Shown here piece after piece: positions 39,051 to 48,836 of a stretch of DNA of 64,000 nucleotides; within the stretch, counting starts at the first letter, position 1, and the number at the start of each line of letters is the position of its first letter. Origin of the DNA: an uncultured virus (IMG/VR IMGVR_UViG_3300037502_002629) (lineage: Duplodnaviria > Heunggongvirae > Uroviricota > Caudoviricetes); the IMG/VR virus record IMGVR_UViG_3300037502_002629; one strand, written 5' to 3'. Under the pieces are notes generated by a model that was given only the letters and a program-made list of their open reading frames with translations, had not been told where the DNA came from and made no database searches. Both the position numbers and the translations under genes were made by a program.

Positions 39051-40102
39051 ATAGTAATTTCGTTAGCTGTACTGATTAACACACCAAAAGGTGCGCTAAA
39101 GTTTTTGTGGATGAAGTGATAGTTGGCAATATGTAATGAATCTCTTGTCATTTCTGTAAACCTACTCATCGTTACTTGACTCACCAGAAACGGTACTACA
39201 TGGAGATAAGGGTCTACTACAATAAACCTAAACTCTACAGGGTAATCTACATTAAAGGATGATTGTTTTATATTATCGATAATCATAGTATAAATGGCGG
39301 CTTGTAACCAGTATTGATAATATTCAATAGACTCCTGAAATGCGCTGGCTGCCTTTGAAGTTTTCTTCAGATCATTTACTCTGATTACTTTAGCTTCGTG
39401 GTCAATAACCAGGTTATCAATTATACCTTTAAGACCAAACTGATAATCATCAGAAAATGCAGCTACCTCTAATTCATTGTAGCAGTTTTGCGTACTCTTG
39501 TCATTGAATCCCATTAGCTCTCTAATAGTATCCTTTGACATGATTTCTTCTCTGATTTTCTGAGCAAACTCTACCATACCGCGCTCTACTACCATCTTGT
39601 TTTTACACTGTAACAGGAACTGTAGATACTCCATATTTTTTTGAGTGAGTATCTTATCCAGTCTCTGTGCATCAGTCTTTAGACTTTGATATAGATTTTC
39701 ATCCTGGAGAATGTCGATTATAGCATTTTGTATGCTCTCCAAATATGGTAAAATACTTTCTTTAGTATCCACCACTTCTGGATACGCTTCCTGTATGTGA
39801 TCCCTCAAGCGTTCTATTACTTTTTTAGGGTTATCGCTTGGAAAAGTATCGGGTAACACAACAAACTGATCATCAAATTTCTCAGGAGTAAGCAACATAC
39901 AATGTATCAAACTACCTTCAGCCATGGCTTTGTCTACTACATCATCACGTTGCTTGAGAACATAATGAAGATAGAACGCACCTGGACTATAGTTTAGTTT
40001 ACTTAATCCTGAATAAGACATCAGGAATTGTTTAGAGAAGAATTCATCTTCTAGTTTTAATCTTTCTGCAAGATCTAAATCAGTGATTTTAACTTGTTTC
40101 AT
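39047..40102 (-). CDS. PD-(D/E)XK exonuclease (RecE/Cas4-like)
   Basis: SYSGL, GSLIHC, KGIIDNL...NDLKKT and YWLQAAIY. Confidence 0.85.
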   Translation of the reverse strand: MKQVKITDLDLAERLKLEDEFFSKQFLMSYSGLSKLNYSPGAFYLHYVLKQRDDVVDKAMAEGSLIHCMLLTPEKFDDQFVVLPDTFPSDNPKKVIERLRDHIQEAYPEVVDTKESILPYLESIQNAIIDILQDENLYQSLKTDAQRLDKILTQKNMEYLQFLLQCKNKMVVERGMVEFAQKIREEIMSKDTIRELMGFNDKSTQNCYNELEVAAFSDDYQFGLKGIIDNLVIDHEAKVIRVNDLKKTSKAASAFQESIEYYQYWLQAAIYTMIIDNIKQSSFNVDYPVEFRFIVVDPYLHVVPFLVSQVTMSRFTEMTRDSLHIANYHFIHKNFSAPFGVLISTANEITI

Positions 40103-40526
40103 TTAATTGTAGTTGGTCAAATCCTTCACAAAAGGAGCTTAATACTGCAATATAAACTCCAGCATTGCTTTTGTTATAACTCCAGTATTTACCATCAATG
40201 AACAAAGGCACAGGTAATAACTCATCCACATTATCATCGTCAATCCATCCGTTCTTAGTCATTTCATCTTGTATAGTCTGAGCAGGATTTATAAAATCCC
40301 ATTTGTGTCTACTAGCTCTGACAAAATGCATTCCTATGATAATAGGTTTAGATTCAGATACAATTAGTTGCCTAAACTGATCTCTGTATTTATCCCAATA
40401 TATTTTAGATGATTTACGATATTTTTGTGTGGCTTTGCTTCCTATAAAGAAGCCAGCTCTAGTCATTACTCTGCTGTTTTTACTTGAAGGTACAGCTCCT
40501 GGTATGAAGAATATGGTTGATTTCAT
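40089..40526 (-). CDS. RusA-like Holliday junction resolvase
   Basis: VPSSKNSR...WDFINPAQTIQDEM...WIDDDN. The likely start is MKSTIFF at 40526. Confidence 0.7.
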   Translation of the reverse strand: MKSTIFFIPGAVPSSKNSRVMTRAGFFIGSKATQKYRKSSKIYWDKYRDQFRQLIVSESKPIIIGMHFVRASRHKWDFINPAQTIQDEMTKNGWIDDDNVDELLPVPLFIDGKYWSYNKSNAGVYIAVLSSFCEGFDQLQLNETS

Positions 40527-40527
40527 T

Positions 40528-41457
40528 TTATAGCATTGATGTAAGTACGATTTTGACTTTTCTAGCACCATGATCCTTTACCGAATCACTTATATCTTTG
40601 CTAAGTGGAAGCAATATATAAGGTATTCCATATGTTGTTTCATATGTATGCATGGCATTAATACCAGCAGGATCATTATCAAATATAGTATATTTATGTT
40701 TGTGCAGATCTACCCAATCTTTTACTACATCAATTTTGGCATTTTCACTAGGTGGAGCTATAATATTACCTTTGATATTTAAGGAATACAAAGACATTAT
40801 ATCCTTTAGACTACTGCAGATGAATAATCGGCTTGTGTCTGAAGATATCTGATCCCACCCCTGGATAACATTTTTAATATTGATAAACCGATGTTCTGAC
40901 TCAGGATTATAAATTTTATATAACTCTCCAGCCGCGGTAAAATAACCATAGATTCTAGCTTTACTTACTGTAAATGAACTTTCATCTTTAATCATTGAAT
41001 ATGATCTAAGAGGTCGTACATTAAAGTGTTCAAGTATTTTAGATCCTATATTATATTCACGCCAGTATAGTGCATCCAGCTTATCCCACTTGTCTTTTAC
41101 TGCATAATTACTCAAAGTCCATCTTGACTCTGGAACTATTTTATCAAGTGCGCCTTGTATACCATTGTTTATATAATCATTTTTAGCAATGTTGAACGCA
41201 GTTGGAAAATCACATTTGTACAAAAACTGCAGTAAATCAAAACCATTACCCTCTTTACCAGTACTAAAACATTTAAAACGATACTCGCCATTTTTTAAGT
41301 ATATGAACATACTTGGATTTGCATCACGAGGATTAAATATACTATTCAATCTGTGATTTTGACCCGTAAGTTTTGTACCTAAACGTAAATAATGTTCAAA
41401 TAGCCACGCACTTGGTATATCAGTACTATCGCATATTGCTTTTCTACTTGAGAACAT
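40528..41457 (-). CDS. DNA primase (TOPRIM)
   Basis: SIFNPRDANPS...FKCFSTG N-terminal domain; ICSSLKD...IAPPSE...FDNDPAG...KDISD. Confidence 0.8.
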   Translation of the reverse strand: MFSSRKAICDSTDIPSAWLFEHYLRLGTKLTGQNHRLNSIFNPRDANPSMFIYLKNGEYRFKCFSTGKEGNGFDLLQFLYKCDFPTAFNIAKNDYINNGIQGALDKIVPESRWTLSNYAVKDKWDKLDALYWREYNIGSKILEHFNVRPLRSYSMIKDESSFTVSKARIYGYFTAAGELYKIYNPESEHRFINIKNVIQGWDQISSDTSRLFICSSLKDIMSLYSLNIKGNIIAPPSENAKIDVVKDWVDLHKHKYTIFDNDPAGINAMHTYETTYGIPYILLPLSKDISDSVKDHGARKVKIVLTSML

Positions 41458-41478
41458 ATCAATACATATTAAGACAGC

Positions 41479-41504
41479 TAGAGGGGATTTTTAGTCCCCT
41501 CCTA
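41479..41504. terminator. Hairpin downstream of SSB-like gene
   Basis: TAGAGGGGAT-TTTTA-GTCCCCTCCTA. Confidence 0.5.
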
Positions 41505-41524
41505 ACTGCACAGCTAAACAATAA

Positions 41525-42208
41525 TTAATCTAGATCTAAATCAGAACCAGCGTCTTTGCCTTCAAACGAATCAACTGAATCTGATGGCTTTTTCTTCTTA
41601 ATGTGAACACTCTCGTTAAAGTCTACTAATTTAGTAGGCTTTTCACCAGGTACATCAAGTTGGTAGCCAATTTTATTTTTCTCGGACTTTACAATGAACA
41701 AACGATATTGTGTGTAACCAGCTTTGTTCTCATATTCAGAACCGCCAATAACCCAGTGTATCCATCGTTCTGTACTAATGAGATATTTTTTAGCATTTTC
41801 TAAATACTCTTCAATGCTAGAACCTTCGATGTTATTGGCTATTAAGTCTTTATTGGCACCAATTTCTTTTGCAAATGTCCAAATCCATCTAAAGATCATA
41901 TCTTCTTTAAGAGTGGTTTTCCCTTCTTTATTCGTATAGTCACTGTACGAATATTGCTGGGTTTGTACACGTGCAACTTGTCCCTGATAATTACCCATTT
42001 CTGGGATGTCTTTGTTGATCGCTAATCCTTCAAAGCCATCTCCCAATGGTGTTGTTTCTAATGTCAATACCAGATTAAATGCTTTCGAGTCATACGGAGG
42101 TACCTCTAAGGTAATGTCCAATAATCTTGCACACACAGTACCTGGTTGAATTACTTTAGGGATACTGCTACCCCCTACTTTTTTGTCTGCTTCTTTACTG
42201 CTAAACAT
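41525..42208 (-). CDS. Putative single-stranded DNA-binding protein
   Basis: Lies next to the Sak4-like ATPase and has an acidic C-terminal tail (DAGSDLDLD). Confidence 0.55.
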   Translation of the reverse strand: MFSSKEADKKVGGSSIPKVIQPGTVCARLLDITLEVPPYDSKAFNLVLTLETTPLGDGFEGLAINKDIPEMGNYQGQVARVQTQQYSYSDYTNKEGKTTLKEDMIFRWIWTFAKEIGANKDLIANNIEGSSIEEYLENAKKYLISTERWIHWVIGGSEYENKAGYTQYRLFIVKSEKNKIGYQLDVPGEKPTKLVDFNESVHIKKKKPSDSVDSFEGKDAGSDLDLD

Positions 42209-42227
42209 AGTTTCTAATTTTTAATAG

Positions 42228-42992
42228 TTAATCAATATATATTTTATTCCAGTGAGTAGTGACGGTACTACCATTTTCTGTTTCAACAATTTCAGACAAC
42301 ACAATTTCCTTATTGCGTAAATGTTCTGGGCGAGCACCGCAGGATATCTCGTCAGTTGTCTTAAAACTAAGAATATTTTGGTTACCTTTTCGATAAAGAT
42401 AGCCAATTGCATCAGAATTACTAGCTGTTATCCGCTTTATTTTTCCAGTGAGATCTAAATCAAGTGAATTAAAATCATTGCCTTGTTTTTCAAGAATTGT
42501 ATCTTTTACGTGACCCACTAATATAATACGCGGAGCCAACGTACGGATATAATCCAATGTTTTATTATAGGCAGTTCTAAGCCATTGATAACCCGCACCT
42601 TGAGGCATATTAATGATTGTGCCGTATTTAGGCTTACCTTCACTAAACCAGTTTTTACCCATAGAAGACTTCGAGTAAAGTAATTCAGCATATCCAATAC
42701 AAAATTCCTCTAATGCAGTAACTGTATCTACAGCAATACATTTATATGGATAATTTGCATCTTTAATTGCTTTCCCTATTTCTCTAAGCTGGTCAATGCT
42801 ATCTACTTTTAATTTAATAGCATCTATATAATCACTACCATCTTCAAAATCCAAGATCAGGCAGTTCTCTAATCCAGCTAGTAATGTTGTCTTACCTACT
42901 TTCGGTTTACTGAATATAATTAATTCTTTAGGTGATTTAATAGTAGCCTTTACAGGTGTTAAAGGCAGTTGTATACCAGTTGATTCTGTCAT
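42228..42992 (-). CDS. AAA_24/Sak4-like P-loop ATPase
   Basis: SKPKVGKTT, ILDFEDGS, IAVDTVT, ILVGH and SDAIGY. Confidence 0.85.
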   Translation of the reverse strand: MTESTGIQLPLTPVKATIKSPKELIIFSKPKVGKTTLLAGLENCLILDFEDGSDYIDAIKLKVDSIDQLREIGKAIKDANYPYKCIAVDTVTALEEFCIGYAELLYSKSSMGKNWFSEGKPKYGTIINMPQGAGYQWLRTAYNKTLDYIRTLAPRIILVGHVKDTILEKQGNDFNSLDLDLTGKIKRITASNSDAIGYLYRKGNQNILSFKTTDEISCGARPEHLRNKEIVLSEIVETENGSTVTTHWNKIYID

Positions 42993-43528
42993 TTGTCTTT
43001 CTTAATAAGATTATTTAACCAGGATTTATTGCTTACGGGCTTATTTTGAACGATTGCATAAAAATCACGCAATGTCATCGCAGAAATATTTTCATCTACA
43101 TCATCATCAATCTGCAACTCAAGTGAAAGTTGATAATCTTCCTCTTTCTCTGTAATTTCTGCAATCTGCGGAATTAATTTTTCAAGATGTTCAACGGGTA
43201 CAGACCAACTTTTATCTGAACCATGTGCCACCTTTTCATAATTAAAACCAACTACCTTGTCTTTATTTAAACGATAGTAAATTGGTTTTTCTACAGTATT
43301 GCCACGTTCATCACAAAAAGTTTTATAGTCTTTCTTGTACATTACATAATACGTATTACCTTTAAATTCTTCTGTAAAGAATAATACATGATCGGGTGAA
43401 TCACGATGTGCTTTTGGTGCAATTTGCGATGCCGTTGCTTTAATACCATAATTTTTGTCCAGATCATTAATTGCATAATCAACAATCAGATCTTTTGCAT
43501 TTTGCCATGCTGTTTTTTTTGAAGCCAT
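42989..43528 (-). CDS. Hypothetical protein
   Basis: ORF track. C-terminal MTLRDFYAI...PVSNKSWLN. Confidence 0.7.
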   Translation of the reverse strand: MASKKTAWQNAKDLIVDYAINDLDKNYGIKATASQIAPKAHRDSPDHVLFFTEEFKGNTYYVMYKKDYKTFCDERGNTVEKPIYYRLNKDKVVGFNYEKVAHGSDKSWSVPVEHLEKLIPQIAEITEKEEDYQLSLELQIDDDVDENISAMTLRDFYAIVQNKPVSNKSWLNNLIKKDK

Positions 43529-43529
43529 A

Positions 43530-44462
43530 TTAGAATATTTGATATATTTTACTTTTAGCGAAGTCAGCTTTGAATAATGTCAGACAAGGTTCACCATTAC
43601 GCACTTTTAAGAAATGGATAGCTAATGTATCTAAGTCTACATTTATTTTATCTGGTCCATAAAATGGCAATCCATACTTAGCAGGTCTATTTATACCAAT
43701 AAGAATATCAGTGAATTGCAACAATGCATCTGCACCAAATACATCGCTGTCTTTTACAAAGTTGCCAATGCTTCCTGGTTTTAAGCGTTCAGTTGATTCA
43801 ATATCACGATTTAACTGACTTAATACTATAAAGCATACTGGTAATTGCCTGCGTGTTTCTGCAAGCATGTTGCCTAAGTTGTACAGGGTCTCAATCCTGT
43901 CTTTTTCACTCGCACTCTTTTTCAACAATAAACTGTGATCAATTGTGATAATCGTTGGTTTTTTCTTTGTTTCAATAAACTCAAAGATTTTATCCTTCAT
44001 TTTATCTACTGTAAGAGGGCGTTCGTATGTATAGACCTCACGGGATTTATTTGCTTCACAATAACGAATTGCCGCGTCGATATCAGAAGTATCTGCAGGT
44101 GATCCTACGGAAGATAATTTACGAACATTAATACCAGTGTTACCACTAATTTCTCTCAGTGCAATACTACGAGCAAGCATTTCAAACTGAAAATCCAATA
44201 CACAGAAATCCTGATCTGGATTTAATCTGAAAGCTTCTCTCGCAATCATACTACCAATGAGTGTTTTACCACTACCTGGTCTTCCTGCAATAACTGTAAG
44301 GCTATTCCATTCTAAACCATCCATGCTAATCTCATTGAACTTTGCCCAAGGCGTTCTTACACTTTTAATCTCACCAGATCTGCGTTTTTTAACATATTCA
44401 ATTGCCTGATGATATGCATCAGAAACATGAATAAAACCTAACTCCTTTAGAGATTTTGTCAT
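43530..44462 (-). CDS. dnaB: DnaB-like replicative helicase (ATPase domain only)
   Basis: AGRPGSGKT, FQFEM, TIDH, LSQLNR and LKVRNG. Confidence 0.9.
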   Translation of the reverse strand: MTKSLKELGFIHVSDAYHQAIEYVKKRRSGEIKSVRTPWAKFNEISMDGLEWNSLTVIAGRPGSGKTLIGSMIAREAFRLNPDQDFCVLDFQFEMLARSIALREISGNTGINVRKLSSVGSPADTSDIDAAIRYCEANKSREVYTYERPLTVDKMKDKIFEFIETKKKPTIITIDHSLLLKKSASEKDRIETLYNLGNMLAETRRQLPVCFIVLSQLNRDIESTERLKPGSIGNFVKDSDVFGADALLQFTDILIGINRPAKYGLPFYGPDKINVDLDTLAIHFLKVRNGEPCLTLFKADFAKSKIYQIF

Positions 44463-44499
44463 ACTGCTAAGATAATATTATAATTTAAACTTTAGAAGT

Positions 44500-45234
44500 T
44501 TACCATCTTATTTTTTCTTTATTATAATCAACAAGTTGTGAATTGATCTTATTAAACACGTTATTACAATCCCATTCTTTTGCTTTCATATAAGCAGCAT
44601 ATGCAGGATGTGTGCAGGTTAACACTTTGTGATGATCTCCTATAAGAGATTGATATTCTTGAGCTTGTTTACCCATTAGAACCCATATAAGACCTGATTG
44701 ATTAAAGTTTATCATGTCTATTAGATATTCCATAAATGATACCCAGATTCCAGTATGTTTTCCAGCTTTAGTTAATTCAGTGGTTAAGGCTGTATTAATG
44801 GAAAGGATACCTTGTCTGGACCACCGACTTAAATCATATCTTGTATCAGCGTCTGTAGCATCTTGATCTGCAAATGGCACATCTTTTTCTATAGCCCCTA
44901 ATATATATCTCAAGGAGGCTTCAGGTTTTTTTGTATTGCCACAACTAAAGGCGATGCCATCAGCCACAAAAGGCTGTGGGTAAGGATCTTGACCAAGCAT
45001 AATTACCTTTAGTTTGTCTACAGGACATAGTTCAAAAGCTGTAAACAATTGCTTTAATGAAGGCGTAAACCGCTTTCCTTCAGCGTTTTGACTAATGAGA
45101 AACTCTATGATTTTTTGGAAATCATCAGATTGCAGATATCCTTTAAGTAGATTCGCCCATCCGCTAGGCCTTAGTTTGTCAATTAATTTTACTTTTATTT
45201 GTTCTGGAGTTAGTTTTTCTTTAATTTCGCTCAT
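44500..45234 (-). CDS. ung: Uracil-DNA glycosylase (family 1)
   Basis: LGQDPYP, GIAFS, LSINTALT, LMGKQA and HPA. Confidence 0.92.
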   Translation of the reverse strand: MSEIKEKLTPEQIKVKLIDKLRPSGWANLLKGYLQSDDFQKIIEFLISQNAEGKRFTPSLKQLFTAFELCPVDKLKVIMLGQDPYPQPFVADGIAFSCGNTKKPEASLRYILGAIEKDVPFADQDATDADTRYDLSRWSRQGILSINTALTTELTKAGKHTGIWVSFMEYLIDMINFNQSGLIWVLMGKQAQEYQSLIGDHHKVLTCTHPAYAAYMKAKEWDCNNVFNKINSQLVDYNKEKIRW

Positions 45235-45254
45235 AAATCTAATAAATTTAAATT

Positions 45255-45476
45255 ATGCTTAATACTTATGTTGATGTAATCAAGACAAATGCGGTAGTCA
45301 ATGTTCCTTTTACAACTAAGGATGTTGCAGCATTGCAATTAATTTTGTTAAAGAATCTAGACCATCGGATTAACCTGGATGATACTTCCTGGAGCATTAT
45401 CGAGGGTTTATGCACACGCATCGATGATTGTGCTAAAGAACAGAATTTAATTGAATCTAAAGAAATTTCATTCTAA
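45255..45476 (+). CDS. Hypothetical protein (paralog of next gene)
   Basis: ORF track. Opposite strand to its surroundings; its stop overlaps the next ATG. Confidence 0.65.
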   Translation: MLNTYVDVIKTNAVVNVPFTTKDVAALQLILLKNLDHRINLDDTSWSIIEGLCTRIDDCAKEQNLIESKEISF

Positions 45477-45781
45477 TGGATCAAAACAAAATTGAAATCA
45501 TCAAAGAAGACGCTGTTATAAACGTTAAATTTAAGCGAGACTTCTATCAGAGATTAGTAATGCTCCTTCAAAGCTTATACAAGGATAAAACTGAAGGAGA
45601 AATGCAGGAAGCAACATCCCAAATTGAAAATAAAAACGTCAAAGATGAATGGGTGTTTCACTATGAAACTATGATTTACCTTATCAAGGCTGCCGAAGAA
45701 TATGCTCAACACAATCAGTTAACTGAATCAATTGATTTAGAGACATATCGCAAACGATTGGAGAATACTGAGAATTCTTAA
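45476..45781 (+). CDS. Hypothetical protein
   Basis: ORF track. N- and C-terminal motifs resemble those of 45255..45476. Confidence 0.7.
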   Translation: MDQNKIEIIKEDAVINVKFKRDFYQRLVMLLQSLYKDKTEGEMQEATSQIENKNVKDEWVFHYETMIYLIKAAEEYAQHNQLTESIDLETYRKRLENTENS

Positions 45782-46173
45782 TATAGAATACATCCAAATT
45801 CATTGCCTAGTTCTATACAGGACTGGATAGCCATACTAATCTGGTCTTTGCTACAATCTGCAAAACTTTTTACCAGTTCAATATTTTTACCCTCTGAGTC
45901 TTTGCTTTTAACAGTTAGGCCAGCTTTTCTTTTTACCTCTAATTTAACATCCTCAAATTCATTACCTGTGCAATGTGCAAGCTCTCTGATGAGAGCGTGC
46001 ACTTTTGCCAATTGAACCAGGCTATGATCATCTTTAATTATCTCAAACATAGCACTCACTCTGTTTCCGGGTTTTAGAGAGTGCAGCATTCGTATAAATT
46101 TTTGTTCTTCTTTTGGAGAAGAAGGAGACATAACCCCCTTTTCATCTACTGTGTAATCAATGATTGTATACAT
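45778..46173 (-). CDS. NinB-like protein
   Basis: SLVQLAKVHALIRELA..TG...K..VK...KSFADCSKDQIS..I layout. Confidence 0.5.
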   Translation of the reverse strand: MYTIIDYTVDEKGVMSPSSPKEEQKFIRMLHSLKPGNRVSAMFEIIKDDHSLVQLAKVHALIRELAHCTGNEFEDVKLEVKRKAGLTVKSKDSEGKNIELVKSFADCSKDQISMAIQSCIELGNEFGCILY

Positions 46174-47284
46174 TGGCTAGTTTGTATTTGATTTTACGCT
46201 GATCAAAGTCTACAAGGGCACTCTGTACCCATCTTTTGTCTACAGTTTCGTGGTACATTAAGATATGTACATCCGCTACTTCATCTGGATTAAGGCGTAA
46301 TACGCGTCCAATACGCTGGGCTGATTTGCGCTCATTTCCATAAGAATGCAGAATAATTGCATGTTTTAAATCAGGGATATTAACACCTTCGTTTAGCTGA
46401 AGTACGCAGGCTAGCTGATCAATTTGTCCTTTTTTAAACATATCCAGATTATCTTCTGAGAATGGATGACCGCTGTAGTAAACATAATTACACATTCTGT
46501 CTGCCTGATCTTGGGTATTACAGAATATAATACACTTACCTTCTATAGTAGTCAATAGCTTTTTAGCGTATTCTTCTTTACTTCTGTAATCCATAATTGC
46601 TCTCATCCGTCCAATTCTGTTAAATTGTTCTTGTGAAGCGGATGTACTTTCGTTAAGACGTTTGCACCAATATGCGTAGTTATCACTTTCGCTTGTATTC
46701 CAGGACTTTCCTTTTACATTTACTTCATACGTTTTAAGCCTTGATAAATTAACTGGGTGCACTGTAATCCTATAATCATTTAGGATTTTATCATCCACAG
46801 CATCATCAGTAAAGTAAGTAAACATAATAGGGCAAAACCTAGCCACCATCTCGCCCTTTTCGCTATAGTAATTTCGCGGTGGTGTACCTGTGAGACCAAC
46901 GATGATATTATCATAAGCAGTAAGCCATAACTGATGAGAATGTAGAAGACTGTGGCACTCATCGAGATAGACAACATCATAGTTTAAAGATTGCTTATGC
47001 AAACTTAAATAAGTAGTGACAACAACTCTATCCTTTAGATGAGTCATTCCAAACTTATCCATGTCATCAAACCAGCTACTAAATATAGTTTTTTTAGGAG
47101 CTACAACAAGAAATTTAGCATCTGAATTGACTTTTTTAAGATACCAATCCATGTGTTTAAGACCTATATATGTCTTACCAACTCCCATGCTGATAGCCAA
47201 TCCCACTCTTTTGTAGGATTTTGCTATATCTAATGCCTTTTCCTGTATTTCTTCGCGCTTAGAATTTGATTGAAGGAGGCTCAT
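46157..47284 (-). CDS. SF2 DExH helicase
   Basis: MGVGKT, DECH, LTGT, LNEGVNIP and QRIGRVLR. Confidence 0.9.
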   Translation of the reverse strand: MSLLQSNSKREEIQEKALDIAKSYKRVGLAISMGVGKTYIGLKHMDWYLKKVNSDAKFLVVAPKKTIFSSWFDDMDKFGMTHLKDRVVVTTYLSLHKQSLNYDVVYLDECHSLLHSHQLWLTAYDNIIVGLTGTPPRNYYSEKGEMVARFCPIMFTYFTDDAVDDKILNDYRITVHPVNLSRLKTYEVNVKGKSWNTSESDNYAYWCKRLNESTSASQEQFNRIGRMRAIMDYRSKEEYAKKLLTTIEGKCIIFCNTQDQADRMCNYVYYSGHPFSEDNLDMFKKGQIDQLACVLQLNEGVNIPDLKHAIILHSYGNERKSAQRIGRVLRLNPDEVADVHILMYHETVDKRWVQSALVDFDQRKIKYKLANVYNH

Positions 47285-47477
47285 CTGCTCTGTCTATGTT
47301 TAATACTTCTTCGTCAATTGTACCAATGATATAATATGCATCTTCTAGTGCACTACGAAAGTGCTTTGACCTAAACTCTGAAGGGCAATCCTCATCGGCG
47401 TTATTTGTAATATTGATTAACGCTCTGTACACGTTATCAAAATGTTTTAATTTAATAGAATCAGGTGTTTTTATCAT
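47259..47477 (-). CDS. Hypothetical protein
   Basis: ORF track. Confidence 0.55.
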   Translation of the reverse strand: MIKTPDSIKLKHFDNVYRALINITNNADEDCPSEFRSKHFRSALEDAYYIIGTIDEEVLNIDRADEPPSIKF

Positions 47478-47716
47478 AATTCAATTGTTAGCATTGATTC
47501 ACTATTCCAGCGTTTTACCAAATCTGGCCAATAATCATTATCATAATTATATTTATTGACTACTTCAACAAGTTCTGGATAGCCTTTTGCCAGCTTTGCT
47601 CTGTTAGTTTTGTCTAGTGCAAAAATTGCATTGATCAAGCTAGTCATACCGCTACCAGCTAATCCTAATTTATACATGCAGAAAGTATTCTCTGCTTCAG
47701 TCACTGTCGATATCAT
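47474..47716 (-). CDS. Hypothetical protein
   Basis: ORF track. Confidence 0.6.
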   Translation of the reverse strand: MISTVTEAENTFCMYKLGLAGSGMTSLINAIFALDKTNRAKLAKGYPELVEVVNKYNYDNDYWPDLVKRWNSESMLTIEL

Positions 47717-48113
47717 TTATTCTCGAGTTACTAAATCCCAGTTCTTTTGCTTCTATAGGATGCTGTTCAATATATTGATGACAGCTTCTGCAAACGGGCA
47801 ACCAGGTTACTTGATTTAAATATTGTTTTGATCTTCCAGATTTATGGTGAATATCTGTTGCATGGGCTGTGCAACTATCCAACCTCGCCAGGCAATAAGG
47901 GTGCGTGCCAAGAAACTGCTTCCTTAATGTAGAGTATATCTGATCTAAGACTGCTCTTTTTTTAGATCTTACTGGAAGTACTTTAGATTGTTGTGGGAAT
48001 TTGGGCGGCATTTTTTTAGACCAGCATGATTTACAGTATTTCTCGCCTTCATCATTTTTCCAAATTACCTTCATTTCACCACAACCAGAACACTGTTTTA
48101 ATTTAACATTCAT
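47697..48113 (-). CDS. HNH-type nuclease with zinc ribbon
   Basis: CSGC/CKSC plus C...C...ATDIHHKSGR...VCRSCHQYIE. Confidence 0.75.
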   Translation of the reverse strand: MNVKLKQCSGCGEMKVIWKNDEGEKYCKSCWSKKMPPKFPQQSKVLPVRSKKRAVLDQIYSTLRKQFLGTHPYCLARLDSCTAHATDIHHKSGRSKQYLNQVTWLPVCRSCHQYIEQHPIEAKELGFSNSRINDIDSD

Positions 48114-48352
48114 TCATCATAGTTTTCAACGTCAAGGTCTGAAAGTGTATCTAAGTCTGACTCATCAGATTCATCTTCTTCATCTTCAACTAACTTTGAC
48201 TCTCCATGTACTAAAACACTGGCGACAAAGGGATTATACACCTCATCACCGTAATTTAAGCACATTAAATATTCAAAATCATCATCTGTCATCCTTAAAT
48301 ACACCTCCAAAGAAACCTCAACAGATTTTCCATTTGGTAGGTTGATAATCAT
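48110..48352 (-). CDS. Small acidic hypothetical protein
   Basis: ORF track. TAAATTTG (-7-like) lies upstream at 48411-48418. Confidence 0.65.
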   Translation of the reverse strand: MIINLPNGKSVEVSLEVYLRMTDDDFEYLMCLNYGDEVYNPFVASVLVHGESKLVEDEEDESDESDLDTLSDLDVENYDE

Positions 48353-48440
48353 TGTGTTATAATGTATACAATATGACTACCAAGCTACCAATATTTAATC
48401 TTAAACTTTTCAAATTTACAAAAAACATGGGATTATAACA

Positions 48441-48836
48441 CTATAACTCCACATCCCTTATATCTAAATCACCATTAAGATCTACATCTATTTTGGTGCC
48501 TACTTTAGCTTGCCAGGGTGCTATCTTCATCCCTTTCACATAATCTTTCGCATTTGGGATAAACCCACAATCTTCTTTGACGTGCTGTTCGCCTAATACT
48601 CGTACAGGTACTTCTTTGGTAACACCTCCAGCAAGAGTGATTTTAATACTCACTCCAAATTTCTGTTCGCACTCAAAGATACCTTCAGCATGATGCCTGA
48701 ATGCCCGATGTCTTACATCAGGCACCCAAGCTTTTGTCTCATCGAACCAGTTATGAATATGGACATATTGTTCCCACGTACCACCATGTTTCTTGGCGGA
48801 GCTCATCGCGTGGTGTAAAGGCGTCGCCATAATCAA
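48441..48836 (-). CDS. DUF6915-like His-rich protein
   Basis: PLHHAMSSAKKHGG...IHNWFDETK...RHRAFRHHAEGIF...EQHVKEDCG. Confidence 0.7.
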   Translation of the reverse strand: MIMATPLHHAMSSAKKHGGTWEQYVHIHNWFDETKAWVPDVRHRAFRHHAEGIFECEQKFGVSIKITLAGGVTKEVPVRVLGEQHVKEDCGFIPNAKDYVKGMKIAPWQAKVGTKIDVDLNGDLDIRDVEL

